Source: an uncultured Gammaproteobacteria bacterium
GTDB taxonomy: Bacteria; Patescibacteriota; Patescibacteriia; Patescibacteriales; UBA12465
DNA length: 64,000 nt
Assembly (NCBI GenBank): GCA_964435515.1
Contig: CAYSZD010000005.1
Span: forward strand, 8,813-72,812
Reading direction: 5' to 3'
Part shown: piece after piece, positions 9,245 through 19,840 of the stretch
Layout: every line of letters begins with the position of its first letter
Numbering within the stretch: position 1 is the first letter of the stretch
The notes under the pieces: generated by a model
Seen by the model: the letters and a program-made list of their open reading frames with translations, nothing else
Told to the model about the DNA's origin: nothing
Database searches by the model: none
Translations under genes and position numbers: made by a program

Positions 9245-12163
9245 ATGAAAACAGATAACAATTCAAATCAAGAAAAAAGTCTAAGTTTTTCTGAAGCCGA
9301 GGAAATGGTTTTATCATTCTGGCAAGAAAATAAGATATTTGATAAGTCACTAGCTAAAGAAGCACCCAAAGGTGAGTATGTTTTTTATGATGGACCTCCC
9401 TTTGCTACCGGCACACCTCATTATGGTCATTTAATTTCTAGTATTATTAAAGATGTTATCCCTCGCTATCAGACCATGAAAGGCTATCGGGTTAATCGTA
9501 AATGGGGTTGGGATTGTCATGGACTACCAATTGAAAATATTGTAGAACAAGAACTTAAGACTAAGAGTAAAAAAGATATTGAAGAGATGGGTATTGGAAA
9601 ATTTAATGATATTTGTCGCACTAAAGTAATGACCTATGCTGAAGAATGGGAAAAAGTGATTAATCGTTTAGGGCGTTGGGTTGATTTTGACAATTGCTAT
9701 CGCACCATGGATTTAAATTTCATGGAAAGTGTTTGGTGGGTCTTTAAGCAGTTATGGGATAAAGGTTTAATCTATCAAGATTATCGCTCAATGCATATTT
9801 GTCCTCGTTGTGAAACCACTCTTTCTCAATATGAGGTAACTGAAGGCTATAAAGATATTAAAGACCTGTCAGTAATTGCTAAGTTTGAATTAATAGATGA
9901 GGCTGGAACTTATATTTTAGCCTGGACAACTACCCCCTGGACCCTTATTGGTAACGTGGCCTTAGCTATTGGTCTTGAAATTGAGTATGTAAAAATAAAA
10001 ATGGATGATAGTTTCTATATTCTAGCCAAAGAAAGATTAGCTGACGTAATTAAAGATAAAGAATATGAGATTGTAGCTAGTTTTAAAGGCACTGAACTTG
10101 TAGGAAAAAAATATAAATCATTATTTAACTATTATTCTCAGGATAAGACTCTAGAAAATAGAGAGAATGCTTGGCAGGTATATGAGGCCGCTTTTGTAAC
10201 CACAGAAGATGGTACCGGTGTGGTTCATATTGCTCCAGCTTTTGGTAGTGATGACATGGAATTAGGCAAAGAAAAAAAGTTGCCTTTTGTCCAACACGTT
10301 GGTTTTAATGGTATTTTTAGTTCCGAAGTGCTGGATTTTGTTGGCCTACATGTTAAGCCAGAAGGCGACCACATGACCACAGATATTGAGATTATTAAAT
10401 ATTTAGCCGCTAATAATCTATTGTTTCATAAAGAGAAATATGAACATAGTTATCCTCATTGTTGGCGTTGTGATACACCATTAATTAACTATGCCACTTC
10501 TTCTTGGTTTGTAGCGGTGACTAAAATGAAAGCGAAATTGCTCGAAACTGCTAAGGAAATAAATTGGAGTCCTAGTTATATTAAAGATGGTCGTTTTGGT
10601 AATTGGCTGGAAGGGGCTAGAGATTGGTCTATCTCTCGTCAACGTTTTTGGGCTAGCGCTATTCCTATTTGGCAATGTGAAAATGGTCACTATCATGTAG
10701 TGGCTTCAGTAAAAGAACTTGAAGAGCTAAGCGGAGAAACAATTAGTGATATTCATAAAGACAAAGTAGATCATATTACTTTTAAATGTTTAGAATGTGG
10801 TCAGCCTATGAAGCGTATTAGTGATGTACTTGATTGTTGGTTTGAGTCAGGTGCTATGCCTTATGCTCAACTTCATTATCCCTATGAGAATAAAGAGAAG
10901 TTTGAACAGAATTTTCCTGCCCAATTTATTGCCGAAGGAGCTGATCAAACTCGAGCTTGGTTCTATTATCTTCATGTTATTTCTGGCGGTATAAAAGAAA
11001 GTCATGCTTTTTCGAATGTGATTGTGAATGGCATTGTTTTAGCTGAAGATGGCAAAAAAATGTCTAAACGCTTGAAAAATTATCCTGATCCCAGCTTAGT
11101 CATGGAAAAATATGGCGCTGATGCTTTACGTGCCTATCTTTTATCTTCACCAGTAATGCAATCAGAAAATCTCAATTTTGCTGAAAAGGGAGTTGAAGAG
11201 TCTTTACGTAAAAACATCATGACCCTTTGGAATGTTTATCGTTTCTATCAAACTTATGCTGATCAATATCAAGCTGTTGAACTAGAAGCTAAAAATATAT
11301 TAGATATTTGGATAATGGCAAAATTAAAAGAGCTAAGTGAAGAGCTTAGAGCGGCTATGGATAGTTATAATTTGCCTAAAGCCATGAGACCTGTGACTGC
11401 CTTTATCGACGAACTGTCTACTTGGTACCTTCGTCGTTCTCGTGATCGTTTTAAAAGTGAGGATGAAAGTGATAAGCAGGATGCTTTAGGAACAATTCGT
11501 TTTGTTTTTATTACTTTGTCCAAATTAATAGCTCCACTAATGCCTTATATAGCTGAAAGATTATGGCAAAATGTAACAACTAATAATTTTCAAGATCGCG
11601 CTGCTTCAGTTCATTTAGAAGCTTGGCCAGAATTAGCAGCTTTATCGACAGAAGAAAAAGAAGTTTTAGAACAGATGACACTTAGCAGACAGGCAGCTGA
11701 ACTGGCTTTAGCAGCTAGAGATAAGGAGGGAATTAAGATTAGACAGATGTTGGCAAAAGCTGAGTTTAAAGGAGGTGGTAAATTACAAGAAGATTATATT
11801 CATCTTTTAATGGATGAATTAAATCTTCAAACTATTACTTGGTTAGGAGGAGAAGGGAATTTAGAAGTTGAACTTGATTTAAATATTACACCGGAATTAA
11901 AATTGGAAGGATATAAGAGGGAACTTATTAGAACTATTAATCTCTTACGTAAAGATGCCTCTCTTACCGCTAGTGATGTAATTAATATTTCTCTAACTTC
12001 AAACGATGATTTAGTTTCTGTTTTGAGTATTATCGGTGAAGATTTAAAAAAAGCGACAATTGCCGAATCTATTTCTCTAAAAGCTTTAGAAAAATCCTTG
12101 GTTAGTAAAGATTTAAAGCTGGATGAGATGAAAATTACAGTTGCGATAGATAAATTAGCTTAA
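9245..12163 (+). CDS. ileS: Isoleucyl-tRNA synthetase, type 2 (eukaryote-like)
   Basis: FYDGPPFATGTPHYGHL matches the HIGH region of eukaryotic-type IleRS (human FYDGPPFATGLPHYGHI). Has KMSKR(L) and is 972 aa. Confidence 0.9.
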   Translation: MKTDNNSNQEKSLSFSEAEEMVLSFWQENKIFDKSLAKEAPKGEYVFYDGPPFATGTPHYGHLISSIIKDVIPRYQTMKGYRVNRKWGWDCHGLPIENIVEQELKTKSKKDIEEMGIGKFNDICRTKVMTYAEEWEKVINRLGRWVDFDNCYRTMDLNFMESVWWVFKQLWDKGLIYQDYRSMHICPRCETTLSQYEVTEGYKDIKDLSVIAKFELIDEAGTYILAWTTTPWTLIGNVALAIGLEIEYVKIKMDDSFYILAKERLADVIKDKEYEIVASFKGTELVGKKYKSLFNYYSQDKTLENRENAWQVYEAAFVTTEDGTGVVHIAPAFGSDDMELGKEKKLPFVQHVGFNGIFSSEVLDFVGLHVKPEGDHMTTDIEIIKYLAANNLLFHKEKYEHSYPHCWRCDTPLINYATSSWFVAVTKMKAKLLETAKEINWSPSYIKDGRFGNWLEGARDWSISRQRFWASAIPIWQCENGHYHVVASVKELEELSGETISDIHKDKVDHITFKCLECGQPMKRISDVLDCWFESGAMPYAQLHYPYENKEKFEQNFPAQFIAEGADQTRAWFYYLHVISGGIKESHAFSNVIVNGIVLAEDGKKMSKRLKNYPDPSLVMEKYGADALRAYLLSSPVMQSENLNFAEKGVEESLRKNIMTLWNVYRFYQTYADQYQAVELEAKNILDIWIMAKLKELSEELRAAMDSYNLPKAMRPVTAFIDELSTWYLRRSRDRFKSEDESDKQDALGTIRFVFITLSKLIAPLMPYIAERLWQNVTTNNFQDRAASVHLEAWPELAALSTEEKEVLEQMTLSRQAAELALAARDKEGIKIRQMLAKAEFKGGGKLQEDYIHLLMDELNLQTITWLGGEGNLEVELDLNITPELKLEGYKRELIRTINLLRKDASLTASDVINISLTSNDDLVSVLSIIGEDLKKATIAESISLKALEKSLVSKDLKLDEMKITVAIDKLA

Positions 12164-12240
12164 TTGTGATTTTTTAGACAAAATTCTAAAAAAATGTTAT
12201 AATAACTAAGAATTTAATTAATTATTTAAATAATAAAGCT

Positions 12241-12798
12241 ATGACTACTTGGATTATTATTGGAGTGATTGTACTATTGTTGCTTATTTTAGTATCAATT
12301 TACAACGCTCTTATTCGTTCTAAAAATAGAGTTGATGAGGCTTGGAGTGATATTGATGTTCAACTCAAGCGTCGTCACGACTTGATTCCTAATTTAGTAG
12401 AAACAGTGAAGGGCTATGCTGCTCACGAACAAGCTACTTTTGAGAAAGTGGTAGAAGCAAGAAATAGCGCCATGACCGCTCAAGCTAGTAAGGATCCTAA
12501 AGCAATGGAAATGGCAGAAAATCAATTATCTTCTACTTTAAAATCAATTTTTGCTTTAGCAGAGAATTATCCTGATTTAAAAGCTAATCAAAATTTCTTA
12601 GAATTACAGAGAGACTTAACTGACACAGAGGATAAGATTATGGCTTCACGTCGTTTCTATAATACTAATGTTCGTGACTTCAATACTAAATTACAGGTTT
12701 TTCCAACTAATATTTTTGCCAAACAACTTGGTTTTACTAAATATAAGTTTTTTGAAGGAGTAGAGAGTGATAGGGAAAACGTTTCCGTAAAATTCTAG
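12241..12798 (+). CDS. lemA: LemA family membrane protein
   Basis: N-terminal TM segment then conserved LemA core (YNALIRSKNRVDEAWSDIDVQLKRRHDLIPNLV). Confidence 0.8.
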   Translation: MTTWIIIGVIVLLLLILVSIYNALIRSKNRVDEAWSDIDVQLKRRHDLIPNLVETVKGYAAHEQATFEKVVEARNSAMTAQASKDPKAMEMAENQLSSTLKSIFALAENYPDLKANQNFLELQRDLTDTEDKIMASRRFYNTNVRDFNTKLQVFPTNIFAKQLGFTKYKFFEGVESDRENVSVKF

Positions 12799-12872
12799 TT
12801 TAAATTAATCTTTATTATTAATCATCTTTTTGTTTTAATTAATAAATTAAAGTAAATAAGATATTAAAATAT

Positions 12873-13625
12873 ATGTGGTATATTCTCATTGTTATAGTGG
12901 TCTTAATTTTGGCCTTTTTAAAACAGGTTAATCAATATGAAAGAGGTGTAGTATTTACTATGGGTCGCTATTCCTATGTTATGAATCCAGGCTGGAGACT
13001 TCTTATTCCTGTCTTTCAAAGTTTTCGTAAGGTGGATATTAGAGTAAAAGCAGTAGATGTTCCTGATCAAAAAGCTATTACCAGAGATAATGTTCCTGTT
13101 ATGGTTAATGCGGTTATATACTATAAGGTGTCAGCTGCTGAAAAGGCGATTATTGAGGTAGAAAATTTTCAATATGCTATTTCTCAATACGCTCAGACAA
13201 CTATGCGTAATATTGTGGGTGAAGTTACTTTAGATGAGTTGTTAAGCAAAAGAGACAAAATTGCTGAAAGAATTCGTGATATAGTTGATGCAGAAACTGA
13301 TGCTTGGGGACTTAAGGTAAATAATGTTGAGTTAAAAGATGTGTCTTTACCAGAAGCCATGGAAAGGACTATGGCTAAACAGGCAGAGGCTGAAAGGGAA
13401 AAGAGGGCGGTAATTATTAATTCTGAAGGAGAATTAGCGGCTGCCTCTAATATCTCCGAAGCAGCTAGAACTTTGGCTGGTGCACCTGGTGCCTTGCATT
13501 TACGTACCTTACAGTCAATTAATGATATTTCCTCTGATCAATCAAACACTATCGTCTTTATGACCCCAATAGAAGTTCTTAAGGCTTTTGAAGGTTTTGC
13601 TAAAAAGATGGATACTGATAAATAA
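12873..13625 (+). CDS. SPFH/band-7 (stomatin/prohibitin-like) membrane protein
   Basis: N-terminal TM segment plus SPFH core (ITRDNVPVMVNAVIYYKV...TMRNIVGEVTLDELLSKRD). Confidence 0.8.
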   Translation: MWYILIVIVVLILAFLKQVNQYERGVVFTMGRYSYVMNPGWRLLIPVFQSFRKVDIRVKAVDVPDQKAITRDNVPVMVNAVIYYKVSAAEKAIIEVENFQYAISQYAQTTMRNIVGEVTLDELLSKRDKIAERIRDIVDAETDAWGLKVNNVELKDVSLPEAMERTMAKQAEAEREKRAVIINSEGELAAASNISEAARTLAGAPGALHLRTLQSINDISSDQSNTIVFMTPIEVLKAFEGFAKKMDTDK

Positions 13626-13636
13626 TTATATTATCT

Positions 13637-14548
13637 ATGGCTAATCTATATTCATATAGCACTGCCAATAAAAGAAAAACCTGGTTTTTAATGACCGGGT
13701 TTTTCATCTTTATTATCGCAGTTGGCTATGTTTTTTCAGTGGCAATGGATATCCCGGGAATTTTAGCGGGAGCGGTTTTTATTAGCATTTTCATGAGTCT
13801 TATTAGTTATTGGTATAGCGATAAAATTGTTTTATCTATTTCTGGCGCCACTTTAGTTAATCAGGAAAATAACAAAGAATTATATCGTTTGGTAGAAAAT
13901 CTATGTATTACAGCTGGTCTGCCTTTGCCTAAAATTTATATAATTCAAGACCCAGCTCCTAACGCCTTTGCTACTGGACGTAATCCTGAACATGCTGCTA
14001 TTGCTTTTACCACTGGTATTTTAGGTAAATTAGAGAAGAATGAATTAGAGGGTGTAGTGGCTCATGAACTTTCTCATATCGGCAACCGTGATATTTTAAT
14101 TGCCACTGTCGCTACTATATTGGTGGGTATTGTAGTTTTGTTAGCAGACCTTTTTTGGCGCTGGTCCTTTTTTGGCGGCAGGAACGACAATGATAATAGA
14201 GATTCTAGAATAGCTTTAGTTATTAGTGTGTTAGCAATTATTTTTGCTCTTTTAGCTCCTTTGTTTGCACAATTACTACAATTAGCTATTTCTCGCAAAC
14301 GGGAATTTGCCGCGGATGCAGACGGAGCTTTGCTAACTCGCTATCCTGAGGGCCTAGCTCGAGCTTTAGAAAAGATTAGCGCATATGATGGTGGTTCGGT
14401 TAAAAAAGCTACGAAAGCCACGGCACACATGTATATTGCTTCTCCTTTAAGTCTAGATAAGCAAAAACACATTTCTTGGTTTAATAAATTGTGGCAAACT
14501 CATCCACCAGTAGAAGAGAGAATTTCTAAGCTTCGGGGCCTATCTTAG
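13637..14548 (+). CDS. htpX: Zinc metalloprotease HtpX (M48)
   Basis: HELSH (HExxH) motif, downstream EFAADADGA, four TM segments. Confidence 0.85.
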   Translation: MANLYSYSTANKRKTWFLMTGFFIFIIAVGYVFSVAMDIPGILAGAVFISIFMSLISYWYSDKIVLSISGATLVNQENNKELYRLVENLCITAGLPLPKIYIIQDPAPNAFATGRNPEHAAIAFTTGILGKLEKNELEGVVAHELSHIGNRDILIATVATILVGIVVLLADLFWRWSFFGGRNDNDNRDSRIALVISVLAIIFALLAPLFAQLLQLAISRKREFAADADGALLTRYPEGLARALEKISAYDGGSVKKATKATAHMYIASPLSLDKQKHISWFNKLWQTHPPVEERISKLRGLS

Positions 14549-14611
14549 GGCTTATATAGACCTTTTTGTCAAGATTTAATAATTATCTTATATATACTAT
14601 ACTCTAAGTAT

Positions 14612-15196
14612 ATGATTGCCTATTTAAAAGGAGAAATATTAGTTAAAGCCACTAATTATATTATATTAAATGTAAATAATATCGGCTATCAACTATTTGT
14701 TGGTGAGTCTTTTTATGCAGAGTTGAAGATAGGAGAAGAGAGAGAAATATATGTTTCTCATCAAGTACGTGAAGACGCCTCTGATTTATATGGTTTTAGA
14801 AATGTATCAGAATTAGATTTATTTGAATTACTATTATCTGTTTCAGGCGTTGGTCCTAAATCGGCTTTAGGAGTCCTATCTATTGCTTCAGTGGCTGATG
14901 TTAAAGAAGCGGTTGTTCGTGGTGATGCAACATTACTGACTAAAGTTTCAGGTATTGGCAAAAAAACGGCCGAAAGATTAGTGCTTGAACTTAAAACTAA
15001 AATTCTAAAATATACTGATGTGAGTAGTGATAAGGCGGACATCCCGGCTGGACTTGGTGATGAATTAGACGCTCTGATGTCTTTAGGCTATGGCCTATCT
15101 GAGGCTAGACAAGCTTTACAAAATTTAGGCGAAGAGCTTGTAGATAGCGGTTCAAGGGTGAAGGCAGCTTTAAAAAAGTTAAGTAAGAAAATATAA
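14612..15196 (+). CDS. ruvA: Holliday junction DNA helicase subunit RuvA
   Basis: MIAYLKGEI start, HhH motifs (LLSVSGVGPKSAL, VSGIGKKTAERLV), about 194 aa. Confidence 0.85.
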   Translation: MIAYLKGEILVKATNYIILNVNNIGYQLFVGESFYAELKIGEEREIYVSHQVREDASDLYGFRNVSELDLFELLLSVSGVGPKSALGVLSIASVADVKEAVVRGDATLLTKVSGIGKKTAERLVLELKTKILKYTDVSSDKADIPAGLGDELDALMSLGYGLSEARQALQNLGEELVDSGSRVKAALKKLSKKI

Positions 15197-15202
15197 AATT
15201 AT

Positions 15203-16426
15203 ATGAGACAATCTCAATTATTTACCAAAACAGTTAAAGAGTTGCCAAAAGATGAAGCTAGTTATAATGCTCAAGTATTACTTAGAGCTGGTTTTATTGA
15301 TAAAGTGGCAGCTGGTGTCTATTCTTTTTTGCCTTTAGGCTTAAAAGTTTTAAATAAAATAAGACATATCATTAGTGAAGAAATGGAGAGTATTAATGGT
15401 CAGGAAGTTAGTATGCCGGCTTTTGCTCCTAAAGAAAATTGGTTAGCGACTGGTCGTTGGGATGATTTAGATGTTTTATTTAAAATAGCTGCTTCTGATA
15501 AAAAAGAATATGCTTTAAATGCTACTCATGAAGAAGTAGTGACTCCCTTGGCTAAGAAATTTATTACTTCCTATCGTGAATTACCTTTTGCCGTTTTTCA
15601 AGTTCAAACTAAATTTCGTAATGAGAAAAGAGCTAAATCTGGCCTTTTGCGAGGTAGAGAATTTTTAATGAAAGATTTATATTCCTTTCATGCTGATCAA
15701 GAAGACTTAGATGCATATTACGAACAAGCTATTGAGGCCTATTATCGAATTTTTAAACGCTTGGGCTTAGCTGATATTACTTATTTAGCTTATGCTTCTG
15801 GTGGTACTTTTGCTAAATATTCTCATGAATTTCAAACAGTGACTGAAGCTGGAGAAGATTTAATTTATATTTGTGATAAATGTAAATTAGCAGTTAATAA
15901 AGAAATAATTAAAGAACAATCTACTTGTCCTAAGTGTGGTAATGATAAGCTAAGGGAAGAGAAGGCTTGTGAAGTGGCTAATATATTTAAATTAGGAACA
16001 AAATATTCAGCTCCTTTTGATTTATCATATCAAAGCCAAAATGGAGAAAAAAAATTAGTGGTGATGGGTTGTTATGGTATGGGTCTTAGTCGTATCATGG
16101 GGATTATTGCTGAGGTGTGTCATGATGACAAGGGTCTTATTTGGCCAGAAAATATTGCTCCATTTAAAATTCATTTAATATCATTAGGTGAGAAGGAAAA
16201 AAGCGATAATGTTTATCAAGAATTATTAGCTCAAGGATTAGAGCTTCTTTATGACGATAGAGATGTTTCTGCTGGAGAAAAGTTTGCTGATGCAGATCTT
16301 ATTGGTTGCCCCTATCGTTTAGTTATAAGCTCTAAGTCTTTAGCTGCTGGAGGAGTAGAGTTGAAGAAAAGAGGGGAACAAGAAGTTAAGATTATAAATA
16401 TAAAAGATATAATGAAATATGTTTAA
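15203..16426 (+). CDS. proS: Prolyl-tRNA synthetase (compact, no insertion domain)
   Basis: Class II motifs (MRQSQLF..., FRNEKRAKSGLLRGREFLMKDLYSF) and a C-terminal anticodon-binding domain. Confidence 0.85.
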   Translation: MRQSQLFTKTVKELPKDEASYNAQVLLRAGFIDKVAAGVYSFLPLGLKVLNKIRHIISEEMESINGQEVSMPAFAPKENWLATGRWDDLDVLFKIAASDKKEYALNATHEEVVTPLAKKFITSYRELPFAVFQVQTKFRNEKRAKSGLLRGREFLMKDLYSFHADQEDLDAYYEQAIEAYYRIFKRLGLADITYLAYASGGTFAKYSHEFQTVTEAGEDLIYICDKCKLAVNKEIIKEQSTCPKCGNDKLREEKACEVANIFKLGTKYSAPFDLSYQSQNGEKKLVVMGCYGMGLSRIMGIIAEVCHDDKGLIWPENIAPFKIHLISLGEKEKSDNVYQELLAQGLELLYDDRDVSAGEKFADADLIGCPYRLVISSKSLAAGGVELKKRGEQEVKIINIKDIMKYV

Positions 16427-17465
16427 TAAATTATTGGGAAAATTCAGTCATGATTTAGGTATTGATTTGGGTACTAAAAATACTTTGATTGTTATGAGTG
16501 ATAAAGGTCTAATTATTAATGAACCCTCGGTAGTAGCTATTAACAAGAGAACTAATGAAATTTTAGAAGTAGGTGAAGCAGCCAAGAAAATGGTGGGAAA
16601 AACTCCAGCTCATATCGAGGCTATTAAACCACTTATTAATGGTGTTATTTCTGATTTTGAGGTAACTGAAAAAATGTTAAAGTTTTTTTTAGCTAAAGTG
16701 CATCGTGAAAATTTTGCTCTTTTTCCTCGTCCACGAGTAGTTATCGGCATACCTTTAGATCTAACAGAAGTGGAAAAAAAGGCAGTAGAAGATGCGGCTA
16801 AATCAGCTGGGGCCAGAAAAGTATATTTAGTAGAAGAGGCCATGGCTTCGGCTGTGGGAGCTCGTTTACCTGTCACTGAAGCGACTGCTACCATGATGGT
16901 TGATATTGGTGGTGGTAGTACTGAAATCGCGGTGATTTCATTAGGGGGTGTAGTGACTTGGAAATCTTTGCGTTTAGCTGGTAATGAATTTGATCATAAT
17001 ATTATTGAATATATTAGAGAAGAATTTAATATCTTAATTGGTGAACAATTAGCTGAAGAGATTAAAATCACTATTGGTTCAGCTATGCCTAGTGAAGAAG
17101 TGCAAGAAATGGAGGTTAGAGGCAGGGATTTGATTAGTGGTTTACCTAAAGCAGTGATAGTAACTGATGCTCAAATTAGAGAAGCTATTAGTAGGACTAT
17201 TAATAAGATGGTGGATGATATTAAAACTATTCTAGAAACTACCCCACCTGAGTTAGTATCTGATATTTATGAAAGAGGTATTTATTTGGCAGGAGGAGGT
17301 TCTTTACTTAAAGGTTTAGATCAAGCCATTTCATTAGCTGCTAAAATTCCAGTTAAGATTGTTGATGATCCTTTAACTTGTGTGGTAAGAGGTTGCGGAA
17401 TTTTGATTAGTAATCCCGAATTATTAACAAAGGTGACTCTAGCTAATGTGGTGACAGAAAAATAA
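16419..17465 (+). CDS. mreB: Rod-shape determining actin homolog MreB
   Basis: GIDLGTKNTLI phosphate-1 motif and DIGGGSTEIAVIS; followed by mreC/mreD; 8-nt overlap with proS. Confidence 0.9.
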   Translation: MFNKLLGKFSHDLGIDLGTKNTLIVMSDKGLIINEPSVVAINKRTNEILEVGEAAKKMVGKTPAHIEAIKPLINGVISDFEVTEKMLKFFLAKVHRENFALFPRPRVVIGIPLDLTEVEKKAVEDAAKSAGARKVYLVEEAMASAVGARLPVTEATATMMVDIGGGSTEIAVISLGGVVTWKSLRLAGNEFDHNIIEYIREEFNILIGEQLAEEIKITIGSAMPSEEVQEMEVRGRDLISGLPKAVIVTDAQIREAISRTINKMVDDIKTILETTPPELVSDIYERGIYLAGGGSLLKGLDQAISLAAKIPVKIVDDPLTCVVRGCGILISNPELLTKVTLANVVTEK

Positions 17466-17467
17466 TT

Positions 17468-18277
17468 ATGTTTTCATTTCTAAAATCTCGTAAATTTATA
17501 TATTGGTTAATAGCCATAGTTTTTATTTTTATTATTCATGCAGTTGGTTTATTAAGGCCTTTGGAAAACTTAGTGATAAATGTCTTAAGTCCTGTAAATC
17601 AATATTTTCATAGCAGAGGTATTGCAATGCGTGGTTCAAATCAAGAACTTTCAAGGTCAGAATTAGAAGCTCAGTTATTGGTATTACAAGAACAGCGGGC
17701 GCAAGAGGCTGTTGATGAGGCTCAAATGACTTTATTACTAGAGGAGAATAATAAGTTGCGAGAACAATTAAACTTTTTAGATAATCATCAGTATAGATCT
17801 TTAAGCGCTAATATTTTAGCTCGTCAAAATTTATTTGACGCTAGTGATAAGGTTCAAGATATTATTTTAGATAGAGGTTCGCGGGATGGCATTGTGCCTG
17901 GCTTAGCCGTTGTTGATGAACAGGGAATTATTATTGGCAAGGTACTAGAAAGCCAAGAGGGTAGTGCTAGGGCATGTCTTACGGTTGCTCCTGACTGTCG
18001 CTTAGCCGTGGCTATTCTAAATCAGGATAGAACCATTGGTTTGTCTGATGGAGATTTAGGATTAACTATTAAATTAGACTTTATACCTCAATTAGAAGAA
18101 ATAAATTTGGGCGATATTGTTATTAGTTCTGGTTTAGGTGATAATATACCGCGTGGTTTAGTGGTCGGCAGGGTGACACAGGTAAATAAACAAAGTAATG
18201 AGATTTGGCAGGATGTAAACATTGAATCATTAGCCTCAGTTTATAATTTGACAGTTGTGTCAGTGATTTTACCTTAA
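17468..18277 (+). CDS. mreC: Rod-shape determining protein MreC
   Basis: N-terminal TM segment, coiled coil, C-terminal beta domain; position directly after mreB. Confidence 0.75.
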   Translation: MFSFLKSRKFIYWLIAIVFIFIIHAVGLLRPLENLVINVLSPVNQYFHSRGIAMRGSNQELSRSELEAQLLVLQEQRAQEAVDEAQMTLLLEENNKLREQLNFLDNHQYRSLSANILARQNLFDASDKVQDIILDRGSRDGIVPGLAVVDEQGIIIGKVLESQEGSARACLTVAPDCRLAVAILNQDRTIGLSDGDLGLTIKLDFIPQLEEINLGDIVISSGLGDNIPRGLVVGRVTQVNKQSNEIWQDVNIESLASVYNLTVVSVILP

Positions 18278-18283
18278 AGACTT

Positions 18284-18823
18284 ATGTCAAAAAAAATACT
18301 ATCTGTAGTTGTAATAATTTTACTGGCTATTATTTTAGTAGTATTACAATTTTCACTAATCAGCGCCTTGCCTTATCCTTGGTATAATATTAATTTATTA
18401 ATTGTATCTTTAATTTTAGTGTTTTTAATTAGTAGTAAAGAACAGGCTTGGCTTTTAGCTTTATCTTTAGGCTATTTTAGCGATTTATTAAGTTTTCAAC
18501 CTTATGGCGCTGCTATTATTTCATTATTCTTTAGTGCTGTAATAGTATATTTAATTTTAGAGAATTGGTTGACTAATCGTTCTCTTTATTCTTTCTTACT
18601 TTTAGCGGTGATTGGTATTGTGAGCGAACGCTTTATTTATTATCTATTTGTTTTTATTTTTGATTGGTCAGGAAGAGTAAATGGTTTCTTTTTATTTAAG
18701 GCAGTATTTTGGGAATCTCTCGCTTGGAGCATTTTAGCCGGCTTGCTTATTGTTATTTTTTCTTTTCATTTTCTTGTACTTTTAAGTCGCAAATTACAAC
18801 CTTTCTTTTTGAGCAAAAAATAA
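18284..18823 (+). CDS. mreD: Probable MreD (polytopic membrane protein)
   Basis: 179-aa multi-TM protein immediately after mreC. Confidence 0.55.
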   Translation: MSKKILSVVVIILLAIILVVLQFSLISALPYPWYNINLLIVSLILVFLISSKEQAWLLALSLGYFSDLLSFQPYGAAIISLFFSAVIVYLILENWLTNRSLYSFLLLAVIGIVSERFIYYLFVFIFDWSGRVNGFFLFKAVFWESLAWSILAGLLIVIFSFHFLVLLSRKLQPFFLSKK

Positions 18824-18851
18824 TTTATGTTATTATATAAGTATAATATTT

Positions 18852-19835
18852 ATGAAATATAATGTTATTACCATTGGTGGAGCTACTTTAGATATTACTT
18901 TTCTTACCAAAGATGGTATTTTAATAGACAATCACCGAGATATCTTGCGTCAACAATTATTAGCTTTTGAATATGGAGCGAAGATAAAGGTGGATAAATT
19001 TCATAATCTCTTTGGTGGAGGAGCGTCTAATGCAGCGGTTAATTTTGCCCGCAGCGGTTTTAAAACTGCTTGTTTGGCTTGTGTTGGTGATGATGAAAGC
19101 GGGCATAAAATAATGAAAAATTTAAAAGATAATCGGGTTGCTACAGAGATGATGCAGATTGATAAAAATAGTGATACAGGTCTATCTTGTATTTTAGTGG
19201 CACCACAAGGGGAAAGAATTATTTTTACCAGTCGTCAGGCAAATACTAATTTGAGTATTAGTAAAAAAGAAGAACAGTATTTAGTTAAGGCAGATTGGCT
19301 TTATCTATCTTCTTTGTCTGGCAAGTGGAAAGATATGGCGAAGAAAATTTTTGCTCTCTCTGGCCCTAAAATAGCTTGGAATCCAGGCTCTTCTCAATAT
19401 CAAGCTGGATTGAAAAATTTAAAGCTCTTTCTTAGTCGTACTTCGGTTTTATGTTTAAATAAAGACGAGGCCATTGAATTAGTTTTAAGCGATTCAAAAT
19501 ATCGAGGTAAGCATCCAGAGCTTTTAGATGATGTGAAGAATCTATTAATTAGATTAAAAAGCATGGGTCCAGAAATTGTGTTAATTACCAATGGTTCATT
19601 GGGTGCTAATGCTTATGATGGAAATAAATTCTATCATCAGAAAATATTAAAAGAAAAAAAACGGGTTGATATGACTGGTGTTGGTGATGCTTTTAATTCT
19701 TCTTTTATTGTAGGACTTTCTCTAACAAAAGGTGATATTCAAAAAGCTCTATATTTGGGTTCAAAAAATACAGCTGCCAAAATTGCTAATTTTGGTGCTC
19801 AAAGTGGTTTGCTTGATTTAAGAAAATTAATTTAA
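18852..19835 (+). CDS. PfkB-family carbohydrate kinase (ribokinase-like)
   Basis: GGGASNAAVNFARSGF and C-terminal DMTGVGDAFNSSFIVGL signature. Confidence 0.75.
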   Translation: MKYNVITIGGATLDITFLTKDGILIDNHRDILRQQLLAFEYGAKIKVDKFHNLFGGGASNAAVNFARSGFKTACLACVGDDESGHKIMKNLKDNRVATEMMQIDKNSDTGLSCILVAPQGERIIFTSRQANTNLSISKKEEQYLVKADWLYLSSLSGKWKDMAKKIFALSGPKIAWNPGSSQYQAGLKNLKLFLSRTSVLCLNKDEAIELVLSDSKYRGKHPELLDDVKNLLIRLKSMGPEIVLITNGSLGANAYDGNKFYHQKILKEKKRVDMTGVGDAFNSSFIVGLSLTKGDIQKALYLGSKNTAAKIANFGAQSGLLDLRKLI

Positions 19836-19840
19836 ACTAT

